Notes: a model not told the origin generated them from the letters alone. Counted from the stretch's first letter, positions 47,581 through 56,911 are shown. The stretch: 64,000 nt of DNA from Candidatus Xenobia bacterium (GCA_045863235.1 BTUM01000001.1:160001-224000), one strand, 5' to 3'. Numbers and translations are program-made.

Positions 47581-47859
47581 TTAGTGTTGAGGTTCAAAAC
47601 GTACCAGCCTTCCAATCAGGAACTTCACGGCCGAGAGTTCTCCCTTGATCTCGTTCCTAAGATCACCGACCATCCGAATAGAAACCGCTCTCGAGGCTTC
47701 TGCGGAAGAGAACCCGTGCTCGACTGTCTTCTGGAGCTCTGCCATCTGATTGGCCTGACGCTCCGTTGTAGAGCGTAGTGCTGAAACTTGTATGGATTGC
47801 CAAAGGCTTAAAGCCAGCATGGCTACAACCAGCACGAGCAAAAGCCAGTCACGTTTCAC
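47581..47859 (-). CDS. Membrane-anchored coiled-coil protein
   Basis: N-terminal TM, GGAGG Shine-Dalgarno. Confidence 0.65.
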   Translation of the reverse strand: MKRDWLLLVLVVAMLALSLWQSIQVSALRSTTERQANQMAELQKTVEHGFSSAEASRAVSIRMVGDLRNEIKGELSAVKFLIGRLVRFEPQH

Positions 47860-48131
47860 ATTCCCTCCAACCTGCCGCTTGAGATTACTGCCGAATTACT
47901 TCTGCGATGTCTATTTACCTTTTGGCTAAAGCTGGCCCGCGCGGCGAGCTGAGCGGTTTGCCCGGGGGCACCTTGCCTCGGGCTTTGGGCGGGAATCGGG
48001 AATCGAGCGACTTTCGACTTCTCGTCTTTCGTCTTTCGTCTCGCTGATGGCCCAGAAGCAAGCCCTGGCCGCTCTCTCTGGACTCTGTCCTCTGTCAACG
48101 AATGTGCGTCTCGTTGACAAAACGGAAACTG

Positions 48132-48548
48132 TTAGGGACCGTCCGGCAGGGCGTCAATCCACTTAATGAGGTCCTCAGCTCGCTTCAACTCATTTTTCCA
48201 TCGGCTTAGCCAGTTGAAACTCACCGCAAGCTCATAGTCGGCTTGGCCCCTCGTAAGGAAGAAATCAAAGCCCCCCATGCCGATTTCCCAGTACTGTTTC
48301 GCAAAGGCCTTTTTGACGACCTTAACATCCTTATATAACTGCCATAGCGGCGAATGGTTGACGTTCCTCTTATTGACGGTGGGATTCAGAATGCTTTTGC
48401 CTCGTCCATAGGCATAGTCGCGGGCTTTGTGGTAGATTGCATAGTACGCTCGACTGATGGCAGACCGGAGTCCACATTCCGTGCCGCCCTGTGCGAGGGT
48501 CTTTGCCTGATCTAGGAACTCGTCAAAACTAAACTTCGACTGTTTCAC
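48132..48548 (-). CDS. HEPN-domain protein
   Basis: RSAISRAYYAIYH...H...RGQADY. Confidence 0.82.
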   Translation of the reverse strand: MKQSKFSFDEFLDQAKTLAQGGTECGLRSAISRAYYAIYHKARDYAYGRGKSILNPTVNKRNVNHSPLWQLYKDVKVVKKAFAKQYWEIGMGGFDFFLTRGQADYELAVSFNWLSRWKNELKRAEDLIKWIDALPDGP

Positions 48549-49032
48549 AACGGACGTGGAGGAAGGCGCGAACCAACGCGTTCTGGTTCAGCCACCAGTC
48601 GGTTACAAACTGGCGATATAGCTCCCAGTTCGCGATGGCATCTCCTTCGGGCAATGCTGTTAGTACAACGATGGGCTCTGCCGAGTCATCGGACCACAGC
48701 AGTTCCTCTCTAAACACGAGATTTAGTGCGTTGAACTTGGTTACGAGGGTTTCCTTGGCTTCTTGTATTCCCTGGACCAAAGAAGGATGGCGCTCCAGGA
48801 GGTCGCTCACGCTTTCGACTTTCAGAGTCGTGGGCTGCGGCGCTGTGGGGCGACGAAGAAGAAGCAAATAGCCTACTGTGGGGTTGGCTGCAACGGAGGT
48901 AGAACTACCACCACCGTAACCAGTGCTATAGGTGCTTAGGGCGTTCACGTCTCTAATTATTGCAGGTCTAGCCGGGATTCCCCCAGTTGGAGCGGTACTG
49001 GAGCCAGATGTCTCACACGTCACTGGCATCAT
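48529..49032 (-). CDS. Putative antitoxin (low-complexity N-terminus, degenerate MNT-like C-terminus)
   Basis: Overlaps both neighbours; S/T/G/P-rich first ~70 aa; fold inferred. Confidence 0.5.
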   Translation of the reverse strand: MMPVTCETSGSSTAPTGGIPARPAIIRDVNALSTYSTGYGGGSSTSVAANPTVGYLLLLRRPTAPQPTTLKVESVSDLLERHPSLVQGIQEAKETLVTKFNALNLVFREELLWSDDSAEPIVVLTALPEGDAIANWELYRQFVTDWWLNQNALVRAFLHVRCETVEV

Positions 49033-49622
49033 AGCTTATCCTCTAACTCCTTCGCCATCTGCTCAAACTCGTCTAGGTTCTGAGCGTGCTTACACACTAC
49101 CACGGGATCGATTGTATCCCTATGAAAGTTTGTATCTAAAGTTCTTTGCCCGGCCGACCAGGTGACCTTCAAGTTCAGTTTGACACCATCGGAGAGCTGA
49201 TAGGTTCGCCCCTCACTTGCTTGGAGCAGTGGCTTTTCTAGAGCTTTCGAAAGCGTCTTGGCACGAACGTCCAGCTTTGCTTTCACGTTCTTACTAGACT
49301 GAAAGTTCACGCCAATCGCCGTCACCGGAGTATGCGGGAGTTCTGTTAGTACACTCTTCAGAAAGACCGGCGCCTCGCTCCGGTTGCCGAAGATAAGCAG
49401 TTTATCGTCTTGGAGCAGCCAACAGAGTCCGCTGCTTGTTCTGAATATGGGCTGGACTCCCCCAATAGGAAGAAAGGCGAGACAGGGTTCCGGAGAGATA
49501 ATAGAGCGCTTTCGGGCCCACTCGGGCTCTAGGATGTGGCGATTAAACCGTCCAACGACAGTTATGTTGAAGGAGGTCATGTCCAGGTCCACCTGGATTT
49601 CCTCCGGAGTTAGTTGCTCCAT
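49029..49622 (-). CDS. TIGR04255-like hypothetical protein
   Basis: VVGRFNRHILEPEW...LPHTPVTAIGVNF...LDTNFH pattern; family from recollection only. Confidence 0.5.
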   Translation of the reverse strand: MEQLTPEEIQVDLDMTSFNITVVGRFNRHILEPEWARKRSIISPEPCLAFLPIGGVQPIFRTSSGLCWLLQDDKLLIFGNRSEAPVFLKSVLTELPHTPVTAIGVNFQSSKNVKAKLDVRAKTLSKALEKPLLQASEGRTYQLSDGVKLNLKVTWSAGQRTLDTNFHRDTIDPVVVCKHAQNLDEFEQMAKELEDKL

Positions 49623-50019
49623 GACACCTGCCAGTTTGTTCCTTGGGGGTTGAACCCCTTTTAGGCCTCAGATGTCTGTCGTCCGTGTGCGGATCCGATT
49701 TTATGTCGAGCCAGGGGGAGATTCTTCCAGAGGTAGGCTGTTCCTCTAGTCGTTAATCTGCGCGCTATTGCTCATGGTGTGCAATTGCTTAGAGTGCGCA
49801 TAGCGGCTTGAGACCCAACCGACTGCGGCTCGGGCAACAATGGCTCTGGAACAGGCTTCTGGCCCTGCCGCCCCCCCGGGGGGGATTGTATTTCAGAGAG
49901 ACCGTCCGGTAAGGACGGTGGCTGGCGCCCCGCGCGCGCACCGGGGCGACCCCCCACCCCCCCGGGGAGGGGCCCCCATCCGATCCTGGCGCGCGCTCGG
50001 CTCGCTCGCCGGTCGAGGT

Positions 50020-50334
50020 TCATTCGGCCAGGGCCCGGTAGAGTTCTCTCCAGGCTCGCCGGCGAGACCGGCGGGGATGGCGCGGGGCCGGCAAAGGCGG
50101 GCGGGTTTGGGGAGAATCCGCTCGGCAGGGCTGGACTCTGAATCCGGCCAAGAACCGCCGGTTCCTCTCCCAATCCTCTGGCGTTTCGTAGTGCCAGGAC
50201 GAATAGCAGTTCTCGCCGATACACCAGCAAGTTCCGTGGCGCTCGCAGTAACACCAGTGTTCGCGACCGATGTTTCGGTAGGGGAAGAGTTCCTCGTCGT
50301 AGAGGTTTGGGTTTGGCGGGCAATCGGGGCACAT
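50020..50334 (-). CDS. Cys/Trp-rich hypothetical protein
   Basis: AAGGAGG Shine-Dalgarno before ATG. Confidence 0.6.
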   Translation of the reverse strand: MCPDCPPNPNLYDEELFPYRNIGREHWCYCERHGTCWCIGENCYSSWHYETPEDWERNRRFLAGFRVQPCRADSPQTRPPLPAPRHPRRSRRRAWRELYRALAE

Positions 50335-50421
50335 GGGGTTATCCTCCTTTTCTTGGGTCGGGGCGTGGCTAACAAGGTCGGGGCATGGCTGACAAGGCTC
50401 GAGCGCAAGGGCTCCTCCCCG

Positions 50422-51111
50422 TCAGCCACGGGCGGGCCTACCGTTCAGGGCAGCGCGGCGTTTCTCGCGCTCGGCCTCCAGGTAGGCAGGGGTAAAGAGC
50501 CCGGGGTTTTGGGCGGCCAGGTCGGCCAGCTCGGCCTCGAATTCCTCCTCCGTCTGGTAGCCCCCGACAGGGGGGCTGCCAGCACCGGAACGGATCGTCA
50601 GAGACGTTCCTTTCTTTAATCTTTCTTTAGGGGCGCTGGAAGCCGCATGGTTGCTTGCTCCCAGGGCCGTAGGGGTTACCGATTCGGTAACGGGGGGGTT
50701 ACCGATTTGGTAACGGGTACCGATTCGGTAACGGGGGGGGGTTACCGATTCGGTAACGGGGTCACCCGTCGGTTCTGGCTTCGGGTCGCCATTCCAGCGC
50801 TCTGGCCGGGGTTCAAAAAAGTACTCGGTGGCGGTACATTTTTGAGCATTTGGGGGGGTGACCCGGCTGATAATGCCCCTCTCTTCGAGCCCCCGGATGG
50901 CCAGACTGACATGGGTCTTGGCCAGGCCGGTAGCTTCAGCCAGTTCGGCCAGGCCGACCGAGACCCGGCAGCTCTTGCGGCGGTCTCGCCAGCCCAGGAT
51001 TCTGCGCTGCACCAGGGCGAGCCAGACTCGCAGTTCGCGGGCGGTGAGGTCGGCCCGGGCAATTGCGTCGGTGATATGGTTGGGCACCCGAGCGAAGCCC
51101 TGCCGCCTCAC
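50422..51111 (-). CDS. Lambda O-like replication initiator
   Basis: GFARVPN...LTARELRVWLAL, winged HTH, internal iterons, KERLKK. Confidence 0.85.
   Translation of the reverse strand: MRRQGFARVPNHITDAIARADLTARELRVWLALVQRRILGWRDRRKSCRVSVGLAELAEATGLAKTHVSLAIRGLEERGIISRVTPPNAQKCTATEYFFEPRPERWNGDPKPEPTGDPVTESVTPPRYRIGTRYQIGNPPVTESVTPTALGASNHAASSAPKERLKKGTSLTIRSGAGSPPVGGYQTEEEFEAELADLAAQNPGLFTPAYLEAEREKRRAALNGRPARG
50611..50757. repeat. Origin: four palindromic iterons plus AT-rich tract
   Basis: GTTACCGATTCGGTAAC-like units at 50675, 50698, 50716, 50741; TTTCTTTAATCTTTCTTTA at 50611. Confidence 0.85.
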
Positions 51112-52787
51112 GGGAGCAGCTCCTCGTATCGCCGGGGCTCGGGCTCGCGGGGTTCGATGGTGTGCAAACTGAGGGTCGCTGGCTGCCAGTGCAGCTCTAT
51201 GCTGCCCGTTGCGCCCTCGCGGTTCTTGGCCAGGGTGATCACGACGGTGCGCGGGGCCTCGCCCTCGGTCACGGTGCCGGGGCGCCGGTGCAACAACACC
51301 ACCTTGTTGGCCGCTTGCTCCAGCTCGCCAGAGTCTCGCAGGTCCGTCAGCCCGGGCGGGTCGTCGGGCCGGGCGGGCCGCTTGAGCTGCACCAGGGCCA
51401 GCAGCGGCAGTTCGAGCCGCTGAGCCAGGATTTTCAGTTCCCTCGCCACCAGCGACACTCGCTCGTAGCTCGAGCTTATGCTGCCTCGGGGGCGCACCAG
51501 GCCAAGATAGTCGAGCACCACCAGGGCGGCGTCAGGGTGCTGACGCCGGAAGGTATCGGCCAGGCCTTGCACTTCCTCCAGGGCGGCGCCCGTGTCGCAC
51601 AGATACAGCCGGGGGTACTCGCCCCGGACTCGCTCGATGCGGTCGGCGGTCACTTCGTCGTGGCCGATCTGCAAATGCTGTTGCACCAGGCGCCCGGCTA
51701 CCTCCAAGGCGCTCATCTCGAGCGTGATGAGCAGCACGGGGCCATGGGCCCGGCTGACATTGGCGGCCACCTGCAAGCCGAAGGCGCTCTTGCCTTCGCC
51801 GGGGCGTCCACCGAGCAGCACCAGTTGACCGGGCCCGAGCCCCTGGGTCAGGGCGTCAACGCGGCGCAGGCCGGTGCTGACGTAGCCTTCCCTTTGGCGC
51901 CCCTGGCGGTACCGTTCGGCCAGCTCGCCGAGCACGTCCGGCATGGGTGACCAGGGCGCTCGAGCAGCTTCAGGCTCGGGCTCGATGGCGGCCAGCTCGG
52001 GCTCGGGAGCCCCGGCGGCCAGGGCGAGGAGTCGCTCTCGTTGCCCCCCGGCATCGAGCCAGTCTGACAGGTCCGCGCCCTTGCCAGGGCTCGAGCCCGG
52101 CGGCCAATGCTCGGCCAGGTCGAGGAGGCGGACGGTGGCTCCGGCCTGCCTGAGCCGGGTGGCGATGGTCGAGGCATACTTGCGGCCCGGGTCGTCGTGG
52201 TCGGGGATGATGACGACCTGTCGGCCCCGGAGTAGCTCCAGGGCATCCTGGCCCAGCTTGCCGGCGGTACCCGAGCCTCCGGGGGAGGTCGTGGCCACCA
52301 GCCCGAGCCGGGCGGCCCGGTCGGCGTCTTTCTCGCCCTCGCACCACACGATCGGGGCGGTCGGGTCAGCAGCCAGCAGCTCGGGCAAGCGGTAGGGCAG
52401 GGTTGTGGCGGGAGCCCGGTGCTCCCATTCGAGCCCAGCCCAGCGAGCCTGGAAGAACTGCTTCCCGGGCCGCCGGGTCACCCGATGGTAGGGCTCACCG
52501 GCCGCGTCGCGGTAAACGTAGGTCGCCTCGGGCTCGGTGCGCTGGTGGCGCTCATGGCCAGGCCGGTCGGGTGGCGCCGGGAGCCCGGCCAGGTCGGCCA
52601 GGCCCCAGACGGTGGTGGGGGCGCACCCGGCCATGCACCGACAGCCACCAGTCTCGAAGTTGACCCTTAAGCTTGGGCGGCTGTCCCGGTGCATCGGGCA
52701 AATGGCGCTGAGCCAGGGGCCCTCGGCGTCGGGTCGAGCCCGATGAAGGTGGGTCAGGGCCCACGCGGCCAGGGGCCCCGCGCTCAA
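51108..52787 (-). CDS. Zn finger-Toprim primase fused to DnaB-like helicase
   Basis: CPMH...CMAGC, EGEKD, DHD, GRPGEGKS, VVLDY, DLRDSGELEQ. Confidence 0.92.
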   Translation of the reverse strand: MSAGPLAAWALTHLHRARPDAEGPWLSAICPMHRDSRPSLRVNFETGGCRCMAGCAPTTVWGLADLAGLPAPPDRPGHERHQRTEPEATYVYRDAAGEPYHRVTRRPGKQFFQARWAGLEWEHRAPATTLPYRLPELLAADPTAPIVWCEGEKDADRAARLGLVATTSPGGSGTAGKLGQDALELLRGRQVVIIPDHDDPGRKYASTIATRLRQAGATVRLLDLAEHWPPGSSPGKGADLSDWLDAGGQRERLLALAAGAPEPELAAIEPEPEAARAPWSPMPDVLGELAERYRQGRQREGYVSTGLRRVDALTQGLGPGQLVLLGGRPGEGKSAFGLQVAANVSRAHGPVLLITLEMSALEVAGRLVQQHLQIGHDEVTADRIERVRGEYPRLYLCDTGAALEEVQGLADTFRRQHPDAALVVLDYLGLVRPRGSISSSYERVSLVARELKILAQRLELPLLALVQLKRPARPDDPPGLTDLRDSGELEQAANKVVLLHRRPGTVTEGEAPRTVVITLAKNREGATGSIELHWQPATLSLHTIEPREPEPRRYEELLP

Positions 52788-53077
52788 AAGACTACGCGTC
52801 CAGATTGGAGCTTGTTGGTGGCCTCGGCGGCCAGCGCAGGCAGTATCGTCCGCTGCAGCTCCAGCGCGTGGAGCTGCACAGTGAGCGGGGTGGTGTCGCC
52901 CCGCGACACGGTGAGGCGCAGGTACTGGTTGCGGTCATCGAGCGGCGCCACGACACGGACGTGAGAGCCATCCCAGGTCCTGGTGTCAAGCAATACTCGG
53001 CCTTCGTCATCGAGGGGGGCCTGCATCCTCATTGCAGCAGAGGTTTTTGCGCGGCGTGCGCAAAAAATGTCAGTCAT
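52784..53077 (-). CDS. Hypothetical protein
   Basis: 97 aa, AAGGA Shine-Dalgarno, overlaps primase start. Confidence 0.6.
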   Translation of the reverse strand: MTDIFCARRAKTSAAMRMQAPLDDEGRVLLDTRTWDGSHVRVVAPLDDRNQYLRLTVSRGDTTPLTVQLHALELQRTILPALAAEATNKLQSGRVVF

Positions 53078-53127
53078 AGCTTGTTCCTTTCAGGCCCGCC
53101 CCAGCGGGCTTGTTTTTTTGTGGGGGT

Positions 53128-53325
53128 TCAGTCGCCAGAGGATCGGCGGGCTGGAACAACGCGCAGCCAGCGGTCTATGGCCTCGGTCGTAAAGCGCAGG
53201 TGGCCACGAGGGCCACGGCGGGCGTGGGCCAGCTCTCGGATGCGAGCAGCCTCGCGGATTGTCTCGGGATGGCAGTTCGCGTAGTGGGCGGCCTCAGCTG
53301 TGTTAAGCCAGCGGCGCTCAGACAT
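53128..53325 (-). CDS. Excisionase-like HTH protein
   Basis: WLNTAEAAHYANCHPETIRE. Confidence 0.8.
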   Translation of the reverse strand: MSERRWLNTAEAAHYANCHPETIREAARIRELAHARRGPRGHLRFTTEAIDRWLRVVPARRSSGD

Positions 53326-53539
53326 TGCGGACCTCCCGTGGCCATCCGCTATTGTCAAAGAGCTCGCCCTCGGGAATTGCGAGCGCTGCAGCAAGCCTTG
53401 CCCGCACTGAAGGGCCTGCCTTGTTCTTTCCGGTTTCGAGGCGGGATAGGTTGCTGTCCGTCAGGTTGGCCGCGCGAGCCAAAGCTGCCATCTGTATCCC
53501 TCGCTCTTGGCGGGCCCACCGAATCACGGTATCTACCAC
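53318..53539 (-). CDS. XRE-family regulator
   Basis: LARAANLTDSNLSRLETG. Confidence 0.82.
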   Translation of the reverse strand: MVDTVIRWARQERGIQMAALARAANLTDSNLSRLETGKNKAGPSVRARLAAALAIPEGELFDNSGWPREVRNV

Positions 53540-53649
53540 GTCGTTAACTCCCTTCGGCTGCTCTGTTGAGGGGGATTCAACCTCTCTTCGAGAATATAGA
53601 ACAGAAGAAGAAAGTGAATCCCAAGTTTCCTTGGGTTCTTGGAGGGTGA

Positions 53650-54096
53650 ATGGAACCGAGTAATCGACTAGAGGAAATCCTCAACGCCTTGCGCTGGCAA
53701 GCTATGAGGTATCCGAACCGTTACCCCAATCTTACATTGAGCCAGATCGCGGGCAGACTCGGCGTCTCTGACGAGCAACTTCGGCTCTATAGACAGGGAA
53801 AGCACAGCATCTGCCGCATTCAAGGGCCGCTGGCCATCCTCTGCGCTGAGTATGGGCTGGGGCAAAGCCTGGATATGCCAAACTCCACGCTCACTACCGT
53901 CGCATGCCGGGAGGACGACCAGGCCAAGCATGATTGGCTCCCGATAAGTCGCCGCTTTTGGGAGTTGGCTCCCCGTCGGAGCCGTAAGACCGAATTAGTT
54001 CGAACGCTGGAAGACTTATCTCACGCTAAAGCAACTTCGCCACCGCCGCGTGCTGGTGCTGGGGCTGAAGATGGGCGTACCGCATCACCATCGTGA
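53650..54096 (+). CDS. Putative repressor of the element
   Basis: TLSQIAGRLGVSDEQLRLYRQG HTH, GGAGG, divergent from XRE gene. Confidence 0.6.
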   Translation: MEPSNRLEEILNALRWQAMRYPNRYPNLTLSQIAGRLGVSDEQLRLYRQGKHSICRIQGPLAILCAEYGLGQSLDMPNSTLTTVACREDDQAKHDWLPISRRFWELAPRRSRKTELVRTLEDLSHAKATSPPPRAGAGAEDGRTASPS

Positions 54097-55099
54097 GGGT
54101 TCGGTGCCCGAGCAGTTCCTTCAACGTGAGTAGGTCCACCCCGGCCATCGCCAGCTTCGAGGCGAAGCAATGCCGCAGGTCGTGCCAGTGGAAGTCCTCG
54201 ATGCCTGCCTGGTCGAGCGCTGGCTTGAAGCGCCGCCGGCAGAAGTTGTTGGCTGCCAGGTGCGTCTCGGGCAGCGACTTGCCATCGGGGCCGAAGCGCC
54301 CATGATTCTTGGACGGGAAGACCCACTGTGACCCAGCGGCGTCTTCCTTCAGGTCGCGCAAAATCTCCACGGCCCGATCGTTCAGTGGCACGTTGCGCTT
54401 CAGCCCGTGCTTCGAACGCGGGATGGTTAGGAAGCGCGTGGTAAAGTTCACGCTGGCCCAGCGCAGCGTGAACTGCTCTTCCTGGCGCAGGCCGGTCAGG
54501 ATGGCCAATTCCACCAGCAGCCAGGCCTTCGGGTCCATCTTCTCGCGCAGGGAGGCCAACTCTTTATCGTCCAGGTAACGGCAGCGAGCGTTGTTCTCCA
54601 CCAGGAGCTTGACTTTCCCCCTGGTGAACGGGGAGCTCTCGAGCAGCCCATCGCGTAGAGCCAGTGAGAACAGGCGCCGCAGAAAGGCCAGGTGCCGGTT
54701 GCAGGTGGCGGGGGCGTAGCTCCTGGCTGCCTCGAGCTTCCAGCGCTCGAGGTCGCGAGGCTGGATCTGATCGAGCCGCGCCCCGGGGAGCGCAGCCTCC
54801 CAGCAGCGCACGTGCTCTTCATCCCGTTTCCAGGTGCGTTTCGCCTTCAGCTCAGCTTCAAATTCATGGTAGGCCTCGCGGATCGTGGGGGCGAGCTTCT
54901 CTCTCCGGTTGCGCTCCGGCAGAATCTTTCCTTCAAGCTTTTCGGCTTGGCGTTTGGCATAGAGGAGTCTGGCATTCGCCTTCGTTCCAGCCTTCTGCCG
55001 GTTCCGCTTGCCATCTTTGTCAAACCAGCAGACCCACCAGATAGCGCTGCCCTTTGGGTGCTCATAGAGCCCGCGATCCTTACCGCCTGGTCGTGCCAA
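54026..55099 (-). CDS. int: Tyrosine integrase of the satellite-like element
   Basis: TGLRQEE, WHDLRHCFAS, LLGH, MRYAH. Confidence 0.95.
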   Translation of the reverse strand: MARPGGKDRGLYEHPKGSAIWWVCWFDKDGKRNRQKAGTKANARLLYAKRQAEKLEGKILPERNRREKLAPTIREAYHEFEAELKAKRTWKRDEEHVRCWEAALPGARLDQIQPRDLERWKLEAARSYAPATCNRHLAFLRRLFSLALRDGLLESSPFTRGKVKLLVENNARCRYLDDKELASLREKMDPKAWLLVELAILTGLRQEEQFTLRWASVNFTTRFLTIPRSKHGLKRNVPLNDRAVEILRDLKEDAAGSQWVFPSKNHGRFGPDGKSLPETHLAANNFCRRRFKPALDQAGIEDFHWHDLRHCFASKLAMAGVDLLTLKELLGHRTLTMVMRYAHLQPQHQHAAVAKLL

Positions 55100-55143
55100 A
55101 TTGGCCTCCGGGAACTATCGTCTTCTCCTGGCGACTTCTGGGC

Positions 55144-55164
55144 TAACTGCCCCTGGAAGTGCCA
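55144..55164. promoter_or_regulatory. Candidate integrase arm-type site (right)
   Basis: TAACTGCCCCTGGAAGTGCCA matching 47152-47172. Confidence 0.6.
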
Positions 55165-55227
55165 CCGCCAAAAGAGTCTGAGGTTAAGTTCTATACAGAA
55201 TATGGTGTTCCTGTTCTTGGTTGAGCG

Positions 55228-55304
55228 ACTGAAAATCGCAGTGTCGCCAGTTCAATTCTGGCCCTCGGCACCAACGATAAGCCCGCTCCAGAGCGGGCTT
55301 TCGT
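55228..55304 (+). repeat. att core copy 2: 3' half of tRNA-Phe(GAA) plus terminator
   Basis: Identical to 47015-47091; no D-arm or 5' acceptor strand upstream. Confidence 0.93.
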
Positions 55305-55721
55305 ATTTGTAGTCCATGTTCCCGGAGCGCTTCATCCCGGACTGCCAGCCTCAGGGGGCGGCCCGCTACCGCGCCGCTCCCGATAGTGCCCCGTTTGGAA
55401 CTCCTCCGTGATAGTCTGGTCGGTCTTTAGCGCGGGGCTAAGACCGCAGAACGTTGTTACGCACGCAGTCGAACCCGCTTTCTTCGCTCAATAGAAGGAC
55501 CCGACGCAACTGCTGTCCTGTTGACGACAGGTGCGACTGCAGTTGCGCCAGGTCAGTCCCCATTCTACGCTGCCTCGTTCAACGGATTATCAACGGTCGA
55601 TCTCCCGCCGGCTGCCAACAGGCTGATGCGCTCACGATCGGGTCTTCCGACTCCCCGCAACAGCTATGCCCAGTCCGAGGCGGCCGACAGGTGAGCCCAG
55701 CCGGGACCCGAATCCCTCTCC

Positions 55722-56021
55722 ATGGACCAGCAACAACGCCGACGTCTCACCGACATCCTCTACCTGGGAGGCGCCACCATCGCAGCCGTTTCGGTGGGCC
55801 TGCTCATGCGTGGCTCGCCCGAGCCGCTGGCGGCCAGCACCCACAGCCCCAGCCCGACTCCGTCGGCCACCGCCTCGCACACCCCGGTGCCCTCGCCGGT
55901 GCAGATCGCGCCCGAGCCTGACAACTGCCCGGCCTGCGGCATGGCTGTGCGGGTCCATCGCGATCAAGACTTCATTGAGCGCACCCAGAAGATCCAACAA
56001 GAGAAACCTTCCAAGCCGTGA
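55722..56021 (+). CDS. Putative RiPP precursor with CPACGMA motif
   Basis: N-terminal hydrophobic helix, P/S/T linker, DNCPACGMA; GTGA overlap with DUF692 gene. Confidence 0.75.
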   Translation: MDQQQRRRLTDILYLGGATIAAVSVGLLMRGSPEPLAASTHSPSPTPSATASHTPVPSPVQIAPEPDNCPACGMAVRVHRDQDFIERTQKIQQEKPSKP

Positions 56022-56911
56022 AACCGGGCTGTCCCGGCGTGGGGTTGGCCCTGTCGGGCCATCCCAGCCACGTCGAGCTGCTCAGGCCGCTGGCCGAGCT
56101 GGTCGACTTCCTTGAGGTCTGTCCCGAGCAGCTTTGGAACAGTCAGACCGAGCTCAGCTCACGGGTCGAGCTCTATGAGCAGCTCAAGGACGAAACCGGC
56201 AAGCCGTTCGTGGCTCACGGGCTGGGCCTGTCACTGGGCACCCCCCTGTCCACTCCCGAGGAGGTATCGCGCACCGAGCGCTGGCTGAGCCAGATCGCCC
56301 GCCTGCACGAGCGGCTCGAGCTGGAGTGGTACACCGACCACCTGGGCAGCTCCCACACCGCCGGGGGACTGGTCACCGGCCTGCACCTGCCCTTGCCCCA
56401 CACGGACGAAGCCGTTCAGGCGGTGAAGGAGCGATTGGAGCGGCTCCGCCGCATCGTGCCCCTGGTGGGCTTCGAGAACACGGTCTTCTACTTCACCCTG
56501 GAGGACCCGATGCAGGAGGCGAGCTTCTACAACCGCCTCTGCCGAGAAACGGGCGCCCGCCTGCTGCTCGATCTGCACAACGTCTATGCCCACTGCCGGA
56601 ACTTCGGCCTGGACCCGCTGGCCTTCGTGGGCAAGATCGACCTTGCCAACGTGCTCGAGCTGCACCTGAGCGGGGGCAGCGAGAGCGACCCCTCCTGGTT
56701 GGACGGTCCCGTGCTGCGACTCGATTCGCATGACGGCCCGGTGCCCGAGCCGGTCTGGGAGCTGCTCGACGAGGTGTTGCCCCGCTGCCCCGCGGTGCGG
56801 GGCGTGACCCTGGAGCGCATCGAGGGGACCATCGAGCCCCAGGACGTGCCGCTGCTGCGCCAGGAGCTAGAGCGAATCCGCCTGGCGGTGGCGCAGAAAG
56901 CTCTCCCATAG
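56018..56911 (+). CDS. DUF692/MNIO multinuclear non-heme iron oxidase
   Basis: EVCPE, HGLGLSLG, TDHL, EN, LLLDLHN, ELHLSGG, DSH, LER. Confidence 0.93.
   Translation: MKPGCPGVGLALSGHPSHVELLRPLAELVDFLEVCPEQLWNSQTELSSRVELYEQLKDETGKPFVAHGLGLSLGTPLSTPEEVSRTERWLSQIARLHERLELEWYTDHLGSSHTAGGLVTGLHLPLPHTDEAVQAVKERLERLRRIVPLVGFENTVFYFTLEDPMQEASFYNRLCRETGARLLLDLHNVYAHCRNFGLDPLAFVGKIDLANVLELHLSGGSESDPSWLDGPVLRLDSHDGPVPEPVWELLDEVLPRCPAVRGVTLERIEGTIEPQDVPLLRQELERIRLAVAQKALP

Larger units (their letters stand above)
47015..55304. mobile_element. Phage-satellite-like integrative element (~8.2 kb)
   Basis: 77-bp direct repeats; int, divergent HTH pair, xis, primase-helicase, initiator; no recognisable capsid or terminase. 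Confidence 0.88.

Noticed and set aside
50675..50757. CRISPR or REP array
   Set aside because: No unique spacers; lies inside an initiator gene, consistent with iterons
55224..55273. Intact tRNA-Phe gene
   Set aside because: Anticodon stem partly present but 5' half missing; it is an att duplicate
55400..55700. Riboswitch or ncRNA upstream of the RiPP precursor
   Set aside because: Some stems (GCAACTGC/GCAGTTGC) and a possible 41-aa minus-strand ORF, but no recognisable family; too weak to call
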